64,000 bases of DNA from an uncultured beta proteobacterium (GCA_963734515.1 CAVTHP010000003.1:183532-247531), one strand, 5' to 3'. Numbered from the stretch's first letter, positions 1 to 8,753 are shown. The notes: generated from the sequence alone by a model not told the origin. Translations and numbers: made by a program.

Positions 1-502
1 CCACCTTGAACAGGCGGCCGATGAAGCCCTCGGGCGTCCAGTTCGCCATGCCGATGCGACCGCCGTCGCGCAGCACGCGCAGCATTTCGCGGGCTGCCCG
101 GTCGTGCTCGGGCGTGAACATGGCGCCGAAGGTCGACAGCACGACGTCGAAGCTGCCATCTTCGAAGGGCAGTTGCTCAACGTCGGCGACCTGGAACTTG
201 ACCGCCAGGCCCTCGGCGCGCGCACGCTCGCGACCCTTGTCGAGCAGCGCCGGGACGTAATCTGTCGACGTGACCTCGGCGAAGCGGTGCGCCGCGGCGA
301 GGGTCGCATTGCCGTTGCCGGCGGCCACGTCCAGCACGCGTTCGCCGGCACGCACATCGACGGCCTCGGCGAGCGACTCGCCGACGATCTGCAGGGTCGT
401 GCCGATGATCGCGAAGTCGCCGCTGGCCCACGTTGCCTGCTGGCGGTTCTTGATCGCGGCGAAATCGGGCGCGGCGGCGCGAGGGGCGAGAACAGTACTC
501 AT
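1..502 (-). CDS. Class I SAM-dependent methyltransferase (UbiE-like), 3' end runs off the window
   Basis: Manual translation from ATG at 502: MSTVLAPRAAAPDFAAIKNRQQATWASGDF...VLDVAAGNGNA (motif I)...DVEQLPFEDGSFDVVLSTFG; frame not in the ORF track because it is truncated. Confidence 0.88.
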   Translation of the reverse strand, partial: MSTVLAPRAAAPDFAAIKNRQQATWASGDFAIIGTTLQIVGESLAEAVDVRAGERVLDVAAGNGNATLAAAHRFAEVTSTDYVPALLDKGRERARAEGLAVKFQVADVEQLPFEDGSFDVVLSTFGAMFTPEHDRAAREMLRVLRDGGRIGMANWTPEGFIGRLFKV

Positions 503-714
503 GCAAGTCTCCTGAGTGAATGGGTATTGGCCCGCAGTACAGGCCAGTGCCGGAAGGCGATCGACGCATCATCGCGACGACGGGCCCATTGTTCCCAGCC
601 ACGGCCATTGACGCTTCACTCGGTGTCGTGCAAATTTGCCTGTGCGTCCGGACCTGCACCGTCGATTGATCGTCCGTCCGCCGTTCTTGATCGCGGCGCT
701 GCCGCCCACCGGCC

Positions 715-1719
715 ATGAAGCACGATCCCCTGTCCGATGTCCTGCGCAGTGTGCGCCTGCGCGGCGCGGTCTTCTACTACGTCAACTGTCGCGACGAGTG
801 GGTTGCCGAGTCGCCCGCCGCGCGCGAGGTTGCCGATGTCGTGATGCCAGGCGCCGAGCATGTGCTGGGTTACCACCTGATCATCAAGGGCGGCAGCTGG
901 GCAGCGACCGGCGGCGTGGCCCCGGTGCGCCTGTCCGGCGGCGACATCGTGATGTTTCCGCGCGGCGACGCCCATGTCCTGTCGAGCGCGCCCGGAATGC
1001 GGGCGCAGCACGTCGATGGCGACTGGGTGTCGGCGACCCGGAACGATGCGAAGCCCATTCCGGTCGCCTACCACGGCGACGTGGTGCAACCCGGGGTGGC
1101 GATGCCGCTCGAGGAGGCCAGCACCGTCATCATCTGCGGCTTCGTCGGTTGCGACCTGCGACCGTTCAACCCGCTGATCGAGGCGCTGCCGCGGCTGTTG
1201 CACTTGCCTGCCGGCGGCGTCGGCGCGTGGGTCGCGCCGGTGCTGCACCAGGCGGCATCGGAATCACGCTTGCGCCGGCCCGGCAGCGCAGCGGTGCTCG
1301 AACGCCTCAGCGAGATGGTGTTCGTCGATGCCGCACGGCGCTACCTCGAGTCGCTGCCCGAGGATGCCTCGGGCTGGCTGGCGGCGCTGCGCGACCGCCA
1401 TGTCGGACGGGCGATCGGATTGCTGCACGAACGGCCCGCCGAACCGTGGACGATCGACGAGCTGGGCCGACAGATCGGCCTGTCGCGCTCGACGCTGCAC
1501 GAGCGTTTCGTGCAACTGGTCGGGCAGCCGCCGATGCAGTACCTGACGAATTGGCGCATGCAGTGCGCCGCTCGCCTGCTGCGTGAGGGCCAGGCGACGG
1601 TGGCGACGATCGCACAGGAGGTGGGCTACGACTCGGAAGCGGCATTCGCGCGCGCCTTCAAGCGCCTGGTCGGCCAACCCCCGGCGGCATGGCGTCGCGC
1701 CCAGCGCTCGTCGCGATAG
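715..1719 (+). CDS. AraC-family transcriptional regulator with N-terminal cupin domain
   Basis: DPLSDVL N-terminus; PWTIDELGRQIGLSRS and VGYDSEAAFARAFKR HTH motifs; divergent from the methyltransferase. Confidence 0.93.
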   Translation: MKHDPLSDVLRSVRLRGAVFYYVNCRDEWVAESPAAREVADVVMPGAEHVLGYHLIIKGGSWAATGGVAPVRLSGGDIVMFPRGDAHVLSSAPGMRAQHVDGDWVSATRNDAKPIPVAYHGDVVQPGVAMPLEEASTVIICGFVGCDLRPFNPLIEALPRLLHLPAGGVGAWVAPVLHQAASESRLRRPGSAAVLERLSEMVFVDAARRYLESLPEDASGWLAALRDRHVGRAIGLLHERPAEPWTIDELGRQIGLSRSTLHERFVQLVGQPPMQYLTNWRMQCAARLLREGQATVATIAQEVGYDSEAAFARAFKRLVGQPPAAWRRAQRSSR

Positions 1720-1850
1720 TCCCGGAACGACGGGGAATGGGCGCGGGGAACTCAGAAGATCTCCCCCCACGATTCTCGCCAACGTCGCGCATGACCCGCT
1801 GCTCGACGAGGGCGCGGCGCAACGGGCGCGGCGACGCGTGGTGTAGCATG

Positions 1851-1940
1851 CCGCGCCTATGAGCCCGACCGCCAAGGGGATCTGAGTGCTGCCCGCGCCT
1901 ATGAGCCCGACCGCCAAGGGGATCTGAGTGCTGCCCGCGC
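1851..1940. repeat. 42-bp tandem duplication over the MFS translation start
   Basis: CCGCGCCTATGAGCCCGACCGCCAAGGGGATCTGAGTGCTGC at 1851-1892 and 1893-1934, plus partial CCGCGC. Confidence 0.95.
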
Positions 1941-3169
1941 AGCAGCCGCGGCTCTGGCTCTGGCACAACCGCGACTACATGCTGCTGTGGAGCGGGCAGG
2001 TGGTGTCGACGCTGGGCTCGGCCGCATCGTCGGTCATCTACCCGCTGCTGATCCTGGCGCTCACCGGCTCACCCGAGGCGGCCGGCATCGCCGGCGCGCT
2101 GCGGGCCGCACCCTACCTGGTCCTGAGCCTCCCGGTGGGCGCGCTGATCGACCGCTGGGACAGGAAGCGCGTGATGATCCTGTGCGACGTCGGGCGCGCG
2201 CTCGCTGCCGCGAGCATTCCCGTCGCGATGGGCCTGGGCGTGCTGACGTTGTGGCAGATCTACGCGGCGACGTTGATCGAGGGCAGCCTCTTCGTGCTGT
2301 TCAACATCGCCGAGGTCGCCGCGCTGCCGCGGATCGTCTCTGCCCACCAGTTGCCGCAGGCCGCCGCGCAGAACGAGGCCGGCTTCGGCGTGGCCAACAT
2401 CGTAGGCCCCTCGTTCGGGACCGTGCTCTACCAGGGCTTCGGCCGCGCCGTGCCGTTCGTCGCCGATGCCGTGTCATACGTCGTGTCGGTGGTCACGCTG
2501 CTGCGGATCACGACGCCGTTCCGCGCGGCGCCGTCGTCCGTTCGCCGCGACCTGCGTGCAGAGATTGCCGAGGGCCTGCGCTGGGTGTGGGCGAACCCGC
2601 TGATCCGCTACATGGCTTTCCTCACCGGCGGGCTCAACTTGATCAACGCCGCGGCACCGCTGGTCATGATCGTGCTGGCCAAGCACCTCGGCGCAGGTGA
2701 CGCCGAGGTCGGCGTGATCTTCAGCCTCGGCGGCATCGGCGGGGTCGTCGGGTCGCTGGTCGGCGGGCAGATCCAGAAGCGGTTCACCTTCGGCCAGGTG
2801 ATCGTGGCCGTCGTCTGGATCGAGGCGCTGCTCTTCCCCCTCTATGCGATCGCGCCGTCGTACCTGCTGCTCGGCATGATCTCTGGCCTGATCTATCTGC
2901 TCGGGCCGATCTACAACGTCGTCCAGTTCAGCTACCGGCTCTCGATCATCCCCGACGAGCTGCAGGGCCGCGTCAACAGCACGTTCCGCCTGATCGCCTT
3001 CGGCTTCATGCCCCTCGGCGCGTGGCTCTCCGGCGCGCTGATCGAGCGCTTCGGTGCGCTCGACACCGTGCTGGCATTCGCGGCGTGGCTGCTGCTTCTG
3101 GCCGGGCTCACCACCGGCAATCGACACGTGCGCAAGGCACGGCCGATCGCGCAGGCTGCGCCGGCGTAG
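1928..3169 (+). CDS. MFS transporter (H+ antiporter/efflux, EntS/Tap-like)
   Basis: About 12 hydrophobic segments; motif A GALIDRWDRKRVM; IPDELQGRVNS. Confidence 0.9.
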   Translation: MLPAQQPRLWLWHNRDYMLLWSGQVVSTLGSAASSVIYPLLILALTGSPEAAGIAGALRAAPYLVLSLPVGALIDRWDRKRVMILCDVGRALAAASIPVAMGLGVLTLWQIYAATLIEGSLFVLFNIAEVAALPRIVSAHQLPQAAAQNEAGFGVANIVGPSFGTVLYQGFGRAVPFVADAVSYVVSVVTLLRITTPFRAAPSSVRRDLRAEIAEGLRWVWANPLIRYMAFLTGGLNLINAAAPLVMIVLAKHLGAGDAEVGVIFSLGGIGGVVGSLVGGQIQKRFTFGQVIVAVVWIEALLFPLYAIAPSYLLLGMISGLIYLLGPIYNVVQFSYRLSIIPDELQGRVNSTFRLIAFGFMPLGAWLSGALIERFGALDTVLAFAAWLLLLAGLTTGNRHVRKARPIAQAAPA

Positions 3170-3369
3170 GCGGGCGCTCGTCGATGGACCGCCCGGTGCC
3201 GCGAGTCGCCTCCCTTGCCCGGTGCTGCCTCGGCATCCGCTTTGCGGCGGGTGCCGACCCGCGAATATCGTATTAGGATAGCCGAAATCTGGACAGCGTC
3301 TTGATTACCTTGAAGTATTGTGCCGGAATCGAAGCCCGATTCAGGCCGAGACGGTTTACGTTCCGTCAT

Positions 3370-3416
3370 TTAGGCCGGAAATGTCGGTTCGTTAGGCCGG
3401 CAACTTTACGTTAGGC
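3370..3416 (+). other. Putative integron attI site
   Basis: CGGCAAC-TTTAC-GTTAGGC (inverted L box, 5-bp spacer, R core) preceded by direct repeats TTAGGCCGG at 3370 and 3392; directly upstream of the first cassette. Confidence 0.65.
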
Positions 3417-3435
3417 GTCGCCCACACACTCCGCA

Positions 3436-3822
3436 ATGCGCAAGCGGTACCACTTCCGCGAGTCGCCAGCCGGGCTACGTGCCTGGGACGTCGACCGTCT
3501 GATCGAACTGGCGAAGGGTTTGCCGCGTCAGCGCGTTCCACTGGCGTCAATTCGAGAAATCGATGAGCCGTACTGGTCCAACGAAGGGACGACCCAATTG
3601 ACGTGCCGGGATGTCGTCGAGCATGCGCGTCTCATGCAGGATTGTGACTTCCAATTCCCCGTTATCCTTTCGCGTGATGGTCGGGTGATGGATGGAATGC
3701 GTCGCATTTGTAAGGCTTTGCTCCTGGGCCACGAAGATATCGAGGCCGTGCGCTTTGTGGATGATCCGCAACCGGACCATGTCGGCGTACATCCCGTACA
3801 TCCAGATGATTTACCGTACTGA
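3436..3822 (+). CDS. Cassette 1: hypothetical protein with ParB-like N-terminal-domain signature
   Basis: FPVILSRDGRVMDGMRR resembles the ParB/Srx P(I)IL...G.VMDG.HR motif (H replaced by R); bounded by attI and attC1. Confidence 0.65.
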   Translation: MRKRYHFRESPAGLRAWDVDRLIELAKGLPRQRVPLASIREIDEPYWSNEGTTQLTCRDVVEHARLMQDCDFQFPVILSRDGRVMDGMRRICKALLLGHEDIEAVRFVDDPQPDHVGVHPVHPDDLPY

Positions 3823-3841
3823 CGCTTACCACTGTCGCCGC

Positions 3842-3932
3842 CTTTAACCTTACGGTCAACCGGACCCGCCGGCACATGCCTTGATCTTCGGTCCGCATCT
3901 CGTCGGCGGGCCGGTTACCTCCAACGTTAGGC
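3842..3932 (+). other. attC site 1
   Basis: CTTTAAC-CTTAC-GGTCAACCGG...CCGGTTACC-TCCAAC-GTTAGGC. Confidence 0.88.
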
Positions 3933-3939
3933 GTCAACT

Positions 3940-4498
3940 GTGGCGACAACGATTCAGACCGACCGTCTCGAGCTCGTCCCGATGACTCCCGCCTTTCTTC
4001 GCGCCTCGCTTCGTCGAGATTCCGCGGAGGCGGCGCAACACCTGTGGCTTAAGGTGCCCGACACGTGGCCGGACATCGAATCTCTTCTGGCGCTCGCCTC
4101 GAGCAGCTCGAATCGAATTCGTCGCTCCAGCCTTGGTTGCTCCGCGCTATGGGCCTGCGGAGCAGTTGCGAGATGATCGGCCATATCGGCTTTCACAGCC
4201 TGCCTGGGCCGCGCTACCTTGAGCAGTGGAGCCCGGGTGGAGTGGAATTCGGGTTCACGGTCTTTCCGGCGTATCGTCGTAGAGGTTTTGCTCGCGAGGC
4301 GAGTCTGGCGCTGATGCAGTGGGCCCACGAAACCCATGGCGTGGGCAGCTTTGTTGTCACTATCAGTGCCAACGACTTGGCTTCCTTGGCGCTCGCTGCG
4401 GACTTCGGCTTTCTTCGCCCTGGGCGGGCCTCGTCGGGGATGAGGTTGGACTGGTCGTCGAGACGTATATGCGTTCAACGTTGTGCCAGCCGCCTAAC
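3940..4498 (+). pseudogene. Cassette 2: GNAT (RimJ/RimL-like) acetyltransferase, frameshifted
   Basis: IQTDRLELVP start in one frame; IGHIGFH...VEFGFTVFPAYRRRGFAREA in another; frameshift near 4093 and probably a second near 4415. Confidence 0.8.
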
Positions 4499-4617
4499 AA
4501 GCAGTTGCAGCGGACCGTCAAACGGCATCGCGGCGACGCCGCGAGCGCTCCATTTCATTATGCGCTCGCGTCGCGCTTCACACGGCAGCGCGCGGCCGCT
4601 GAACTGCGGCGTTAGGC
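4492..4617 (+). other. attC site 2
   Basis: GCCTAAC-AAGCA-GTTGCAGCGG...CCGCTGAAC-TGCGGC-GTTAGGC. Confidence 0.92.
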
Positions 4618-4701
4618 GTCAGAAACAGTTCCACCAGTCGCCGTCACGAATGCAACGAGTACAGCACCCAACCCGCGACCACGCATGCCACTCCGAAGGG
4701 A

Positions 4702-5040
4702 ATGCAGATGGAACTCCCAGACATCATCACTCGACTGCCGCAGGTAGAGCTTCCGATCCCTTCAACTACCGTGCGCACCAGCCTCCTGCAGTCCGCGCAT
4801 GGCCAACTCGTCTTCTTCCAGATCTTGGAGGATGTGGACCTCCCCGCCCACAGCCACAAAGGCCAATGGGGCACGGTCCTCGAAGGGACAGTTGAGCTCA
4901 CGGTTAGCGGATCAACCCAAGTCCACACCGCGGGAAGCTCGTACTACATTCCAGCGGGCGCCGTCCACAGCGCGAGGCTCGCGGCGGGCACCAAGATCAT
5001 CGAGTTCTTTGAAGAGCCCGATCGCTACAAACGGAAGTAA
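4702..5040 (+). CDS. Cassette 3: cupin domain protein
   Basis: PAHSHKGQWGTVLEG...YYIPAGAVHSA cupin motifs. Confidence 0.88.
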   Translation: MQMELPDIITRLPQVELPIPSTTVRTSLLQSAHGQLVFFQILEDVDLPAHSHKGQWGTVLEGTVELTVSGSTQVHTAGSSYYIPAGAVHSARLAAGTKIIEFFEEPDRYKRK

Positions 5041-5061
5041 CTGCGGAATGGCTCCACTGAC

Positions 5062-5139
5062 GGCTAACCCGTCGTTGCACCCGACGCGCTACAGCGGGCT
5101 TCGCCAGCCTTCGCACGCGGGTGAACTCCAACGTTAGGC
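5062..5139 (+). other. attC site 3
   Basis: GGCTAAC-CCGTC-GTTGCACCCG...CGGGTGAAC-TCCAAC-GTTAGGC. Confidence 0.9.
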
Positions 5140-5148
5140 CGCATCCCC

Positions 5149-5987
5149 GTGAGTGACGCCCCTAGCCCAATTGAGACGAACCCCGAAGACCGGGCAATTG
5201 CGCTGATTCGGACCGCACTTGCAAGACCGCCATCTCGTCACGTCGCAGGGCCTTTGAGAAGTTCATACTAGCCGCGCTCGGAAGCATTCCTTGGGTCGGC
5301 GGCTTCATCAGCGCAGCTGCGAGCATCAAGACTGATCAGCGCGGGGTGGAGGAAGACAACCTGCAGACCCGATGGCTCGAGGAGCACTCGAAGAAGATGC
5401 TTCAGCTTTCGGGCACTCTTGATGTCGCTCAGCGATTCGATAAGCTTGGCGAAGCCATTGATGAACGGATACAGAGCGAGGAGTACCTAGTCTGTCCGGG
5501 ATGCATTTCGAGCGTGGGATCGCGCGGAGACCGAAGACAAGCGCCGCTACGTCGCAAACCTCGTTACGAATGCTGCTGGAACGCGCGTGTGTTCCGACGA
5601 TGTAGTGCGTCTCTTCGTGAACTGGCTTGTTCTGTACCACGAGATTCACTTCGCGGTGATTCGCGAGATCTATAGGAGTCCCGGTGCAACCCGGTATGAA
5701 ATTTGGGAAGCCCTATACGGTCCACCGACCCGCGAGGATTCAGCGGAAGCCGATCTCTACAAACTCTTGATTCGCGATCTGAGCACGGGGGGCGTGATTC
5801 GACAGGAGCGCGACACGACGCACGATGGACGCTTTCTTCGTAAGCGCGCGGTGCGCAATCGCAAGCTGTCTGCCTCGACTACGATGGAATCGGCGTTCGA
5901 GGACTCAAGCCATACGTACTGACGGAACTAGGCAAGCAGTTCGTTCATTACACCATGAACGAATTAGCTTCCTCGCCTTGGCAATGA
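5149..5987 (+). pseudogene. Cassette 4: hypothetical protein broken by at least 3 frameshifts
   Basis: Coherent protein-like fragments (FEKFILAALGSIPWVGG; DERIQSEEYL; CSDDVVRLFVNWL...MESAFED; YVLTELGKQFVHYTMNE) lie in successive different frames. Confidence 0.7.
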
Positions 5988-6026
5988 AGGTAACGATGCT
6001 GCCTAACCTTACTGTATGGACTTCCC

Positions 6027-6253
6027 GGGAAATGCAAGGGTAGATCGCATTGACGAAGGATCAGACTGCAACTCTGTATCCGGCCGTGATGGGTGGTTGA
6101 AGCGTGCCCGGGCCATGCTAGGAACCGCGCGCCGCGCCGTCATTCGGTCAACGGCCTCGTGTTGCGGCCGGCAGGTTAGCCAGGTGCGCGCAGCGCCGGT
6201 CTGACCATCGTCATAGCTATGCTCTCCTCGCAGTCGTCGGCAGGGTCCGGCAC
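6027..6253 (-). ncRNA. Predicted bridge RNA/seekRNA in the IS non-coding end
   Basis: About 240-nt non-coding region downstream of the transposase; contains ATTCGGTCAAC (identical to 7368-7378) and AGGTTAG (reverse complement of 6003-6009) flanking a CGGCC...GGCCG hairpin. Confidence 0.72.
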
Positions 6254-7288
6254 TCAATTCATGGCAGCGTGGGCGCGCAGCGGTTGGTCGCGGGTGAGCA
6301 GCACCCACAGCAATCGCGCGTGCGTGTTCGCGATGGCGACCAAGGTCTTGTGGTAGCCAATGCGCTCGTAGGTGGCGACGATCCATGCCGCCATTCGCGT
6401 TCGTCGCGTGGGTGCCACGCGCAGGGCAGCCTGCAACGCCGAGCGCGCGCCCTGCACGAGCAGGTCCCGCAGATAGCTGTCGCCGCGCCGGGTGATGCGG
6501 CCCAGGCGTGGCTTGCCGCCGGTCGAGTATTGGCGCGGCGTGAGTCCGAGCCCCGCCGCGAACTGGCGACCACAGTGCAACTGCTGCGGGTCGGCCACGG
6601 TTGCCGCGACCGCGCTCGCGGTGAGCGCGCCCACCCCACTCAGGCGTGCCGCCCGCTGCGCACGCGGAGCGGTGGCGGCATCCTGCGCAATCTCGCGGTT
6701 GCAGTCGTCGATACGCTGGTCGAGTTCGCGCAGATGCTCGAGTTGGCGTGCCATGCCACGCCGCAGCGCCGGTGGCAGGGTGTCGTCGGCCAAGGTCGCG
6801 CGGGCCCAGGCGAGCGCCGCGGCCGCACTGTTCGGAAAGACCCGGCCGAACTCCGCCAGCAGCCCGCGCAGTCGGTTCAACCCCGCGGTGCGCTCCTCCT
6901 GCCAGCCTTGGCGTAGCCGGTGCACAACGAGCCGCGCCTGTTGCTCCGCGCCCTTCACCGCGACGAAGCGCAACTGGGGCTGCCGCAGCGCCGCGCAGAT
7001 CGCCGCCGCGTCGTGGGCATCGTTGTTCCCGGAGAGCCGAAGCGGCCGCACGAACTCCGGCGCGATGATCCGCGCCGTGTGCCCGAGCGCGGTCGGCTCG
7101 CGGGCAAACCAGTGCGCGCTGCTGCACGCCTCCATCCCGACCAGGCATGGGACGCGCCCCGCAAACCAACCGAGCACTGCCTCGCGACGCAGCGTGCGCT
7201 GCACTACGACGCGGCAATGCGCATCCTCGCCGCACAGCGACACCACGCGCTTTGCCAGATCCAAGCCCACCGTAGTAACCTCGTTCAT
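6254..7288 (-). CDS. IS110-family transposase/recombinase (RuvC-like DEDD plus Tnp20 domain)
   Basis: MNEVTTVGLDLAK, GMEAC, NNDAHDA (DEDD); GLTPRQYSTGGK and RGDSYLR C-terminal motifs. Confidence 0.95.
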   Translation of the reverse strand: MNEVTTVGLDLAKRVVSLCGEDAHCRVVVQRTLRREAVLGWFAGRVPCLVGMEACSSAHWFAREPTALGHTARIIAPEFVRPLRLSGNNDAHDAAAICAALRQPQLRFVAVKGAEQQARLVVHRLRQGWQEERTAGLNRLRGLLAEFGRVFPNSAAAALAWARATLADDTLPPALRRGMARQLEHLRELDQRIDDCNREIAQDAATAPRAQRAARLSGVGALTASAVAATVADPQQLHCGRQFAAGLGLTPRQYSTGGKPRLGRITRRGDSYLRDLLVQGARSALQAALRVAPTRRTRMAAWIVATYERIGYHKTLVAIANTHARLLWVLLTRDQPLRAHAAMN

Positions 7289-7526
7289 GACTTCCCCTCT
7301 CATGGATTGAACGTGGAAATTCAATCGTGGCACTCCGCTGCCGAAGTGGGGAGGGGAAGTCCCTTCTATTCGGTCAACCGGACGCGCCGGCGCGCGCCTT
7401 CTCGTTCGCGACCATCGGCGCGGCGCGCCGGTTACCTCCAACGTTATGCCTCAAGGACTTTCGCCCTCCAGCGCACACGAGAGGATGTTCCTGAAGTGCG
7501 CTATTGATTATCTATAGGAAAAGATA

Positions 7527-7919
7527 ATGACTGAAGCTGATCGCATCAAATATCTACGCATTGCTCTGGTGCTCGTAGGGCTAATTTTCACCTTCGGCGT
7601 CTGGCCACTCACCATTGTCTGGCCTTCAGGTTGGTCGTGGCACGCTGAGGGTCGTTCGTACTATCTTGAGATGATCATCGGCATTTACGCAACCCTCGGG
7701 GTCTTCCTCATGCTCGCCGCCCGTAACCCTCTCGCTCACCGGACCCTCATCTGGTTCACCGTCTGGTCTAGCATCGTGCACGGCGGAATCATGACTGTTC
7801 AGTCGTTTGACGGCGACCATAACATGGGGCACCTCATGGGTGATGATCTAGCTCTGTTCGCGGTAGCGGCGGTGCTGGCATTGCTTACGCCTCGTGAAGC
7901 CAAGGCCGAAGCTCGGTAG
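7527..7919 (+). CDS. Cassette 5: small membrane protein (DUF6632-like)
   Basis: Four hydrophobic segments; GIYATLGVFLMLAARNP...LIWFTVWSSIVHG; TAGGA RBS. Confidence 0.75.
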   Translation: MTEADRIKYLRIALVLVGLIFTFGVWPLTIVWPSGWSWHAEGRSYYLEMIIGIYATLGVFLMLAARNPLAHRTLIWFTVWSSIVHGGIMTVQSFDGDHNMGHLMGDDLALFAVAAVLALLTPREAKAEAR

Positions 7920-7925
7920 CCATCG

Positions 7926-7982
7926 GCATAACAATCAAATCCAGCCGACGCCTTACAGCGCAGCTGACTTGAGGCGATAGCC
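7926..7982 (+). other. attC site 5 (short, R' core mutated)
   Basis: GCATAAC (complement of the GTTATGC opening this cassette)...CAGC..GCTG...GATAGCC where GTTRRRY is expected. Confidence 0.7.
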
Positions 7983-8072
7983 GTCGCGCTCGATGCCCAT
8001 TTCCGTCACCGGCAGGCCCTCGCCTGCGAATCGGGTTCCGATTGCAGAGCACCCTGAGTCGGGAGTGCACGG

Positions 8073-8753
8073 GTGCCCGATGGCAGGTGCAAATCCCCCC
8101 ACAGCGTAGTGGGATGGATGTGTGTAGGCCTGCAGCTCGATCCTGCCGGGGAACCCAGCCGTGCCGGATCGATCGACTCGCTGCAGAGGGGATGCCCACA
8201 AGTGGTGCGGCCGGCACTCGCCGAGAAGCCTTCGGTACAGGATGCGGGCAGCTTTCGCGCCCTCATGATCTGTTCACCCTTGCCGGTGTTGCTGGCGATT
8301 CCGGCGTCATTTCTGCCGTGGCTCACGATCTGCGGCACAGCCACAGCCGTCACTTGCGGAATTGCCTCAACGGTCGCTGGAGCAGGTCTTCGCCGTCATT
8401 GCTTCCACGCGGTCTCCACGTCCTTTACAGGCGTAGTCTCGGTCGAAGAAGGCCAGGAGGTCATCCAGGCGGGCTTGTACCGCTTCGTTCGCCACCTTTC
8501 CTGCACGGCCACATTCATGATGTACGTTGGCATGGGATTGGGCTTGGAAAGCTGGATCAGCGTGGGCATACTATTCTTTGCGCAGTGCTACCTTTGCGGC
8601 AGGCGCGTTGTGGCAGAGGAGCGAGCGCTCGCAAGTACCCTCGGCAACGCCTGCGCTGACTACATGCTGCGCACGAAGCGATTCATTCCATTCGTCACAT
8701 GGCCAGGGATTGGGCCCAACCCCTCGGTCGACGCGAGGCCCAGCGGCGCTTGA
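8073..8753 (+). pseudogene. Cassette 6: isoprenylcysteine carboxylmethyltransferase-family protein, degenerate
   Basis: QDAGSF...VIQAGLYRFVRHLSCT (canonical RHPxY altered)...EERAL...YMLRTKRFIPF; start unclear. Confidence 0.65.
8714..8747 (+). other. Truncated attC (left half only) ending the array
   Basis: GCCCAAC-CCCTC-GGTCGAC with no matching GTTRRRY downstream. Confidence 0.5.

Larger units (their letters stand above)
6011..7369 (-). mobile_element. IS110-family (IS1111-attC group) insertion sequence
   Basis: Sub-terminal IRs GGACTTCCC (6018-6026) and GGGAAGTCC (7354-7362); no target duplication; inserted in the attC R''-L'' spacer; ends uncertain by about 3 bp. Confidence 0.88.
6001..7449 (+). 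other. attC site 4, split by an IS1111-family insertion
   Basis: Left part GCCTAACCTT (6001-6010); right part TCGGTCAACCGG...CCGGTTACCTCCAACGTTATGC (7370-7449), closely resembling attC1. Confidence 0.88.
3370..8740 (+). mobile_element. Integron gene-cassette array lacking intI (attI plus about 6 cassettes)
   Basis: Co-oriented short ORFs each followed by RYYYAAC...GTTRRRY imperfect palindromes; lower GC than flanks; no tyrosine recombinase ORF seen in the window. Confidence 0.88.

Noticed and set aside
1883-1930. In-frame TGA codons before the MFS gene as selenocysteine or readthrough sites
   Set aside because: No SECIS-like hairpin evident, and an SD plus GTG directly follows; a simple duplication explains it
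3285-3330. TGGACA/TTGATT as a cassette promoter Pc
   Set aside because: No convincing -10 element at 16-18 bp spacing
2932-3369. Minus-strand 145-aa ORF as the integron integrase
   Set aside because: No tyrosine recombinase motifs and it overlaps the MFS gene antisense; at most its first codons are an intI stump
7289-7441. N-terminal extension of the 395-aa transposase ORF
   Set aside because: It runs through the IS end into attC4; the real start is ATG 7288 with a GAGGGGAAG RBS
3842-8747. Regularly recurring GTTAGGC elements as a CRISPR array
   Set aside because: Units are variable-length imperfect palindromes separated by whole genes, i.e. attC sites; no cas genes are present
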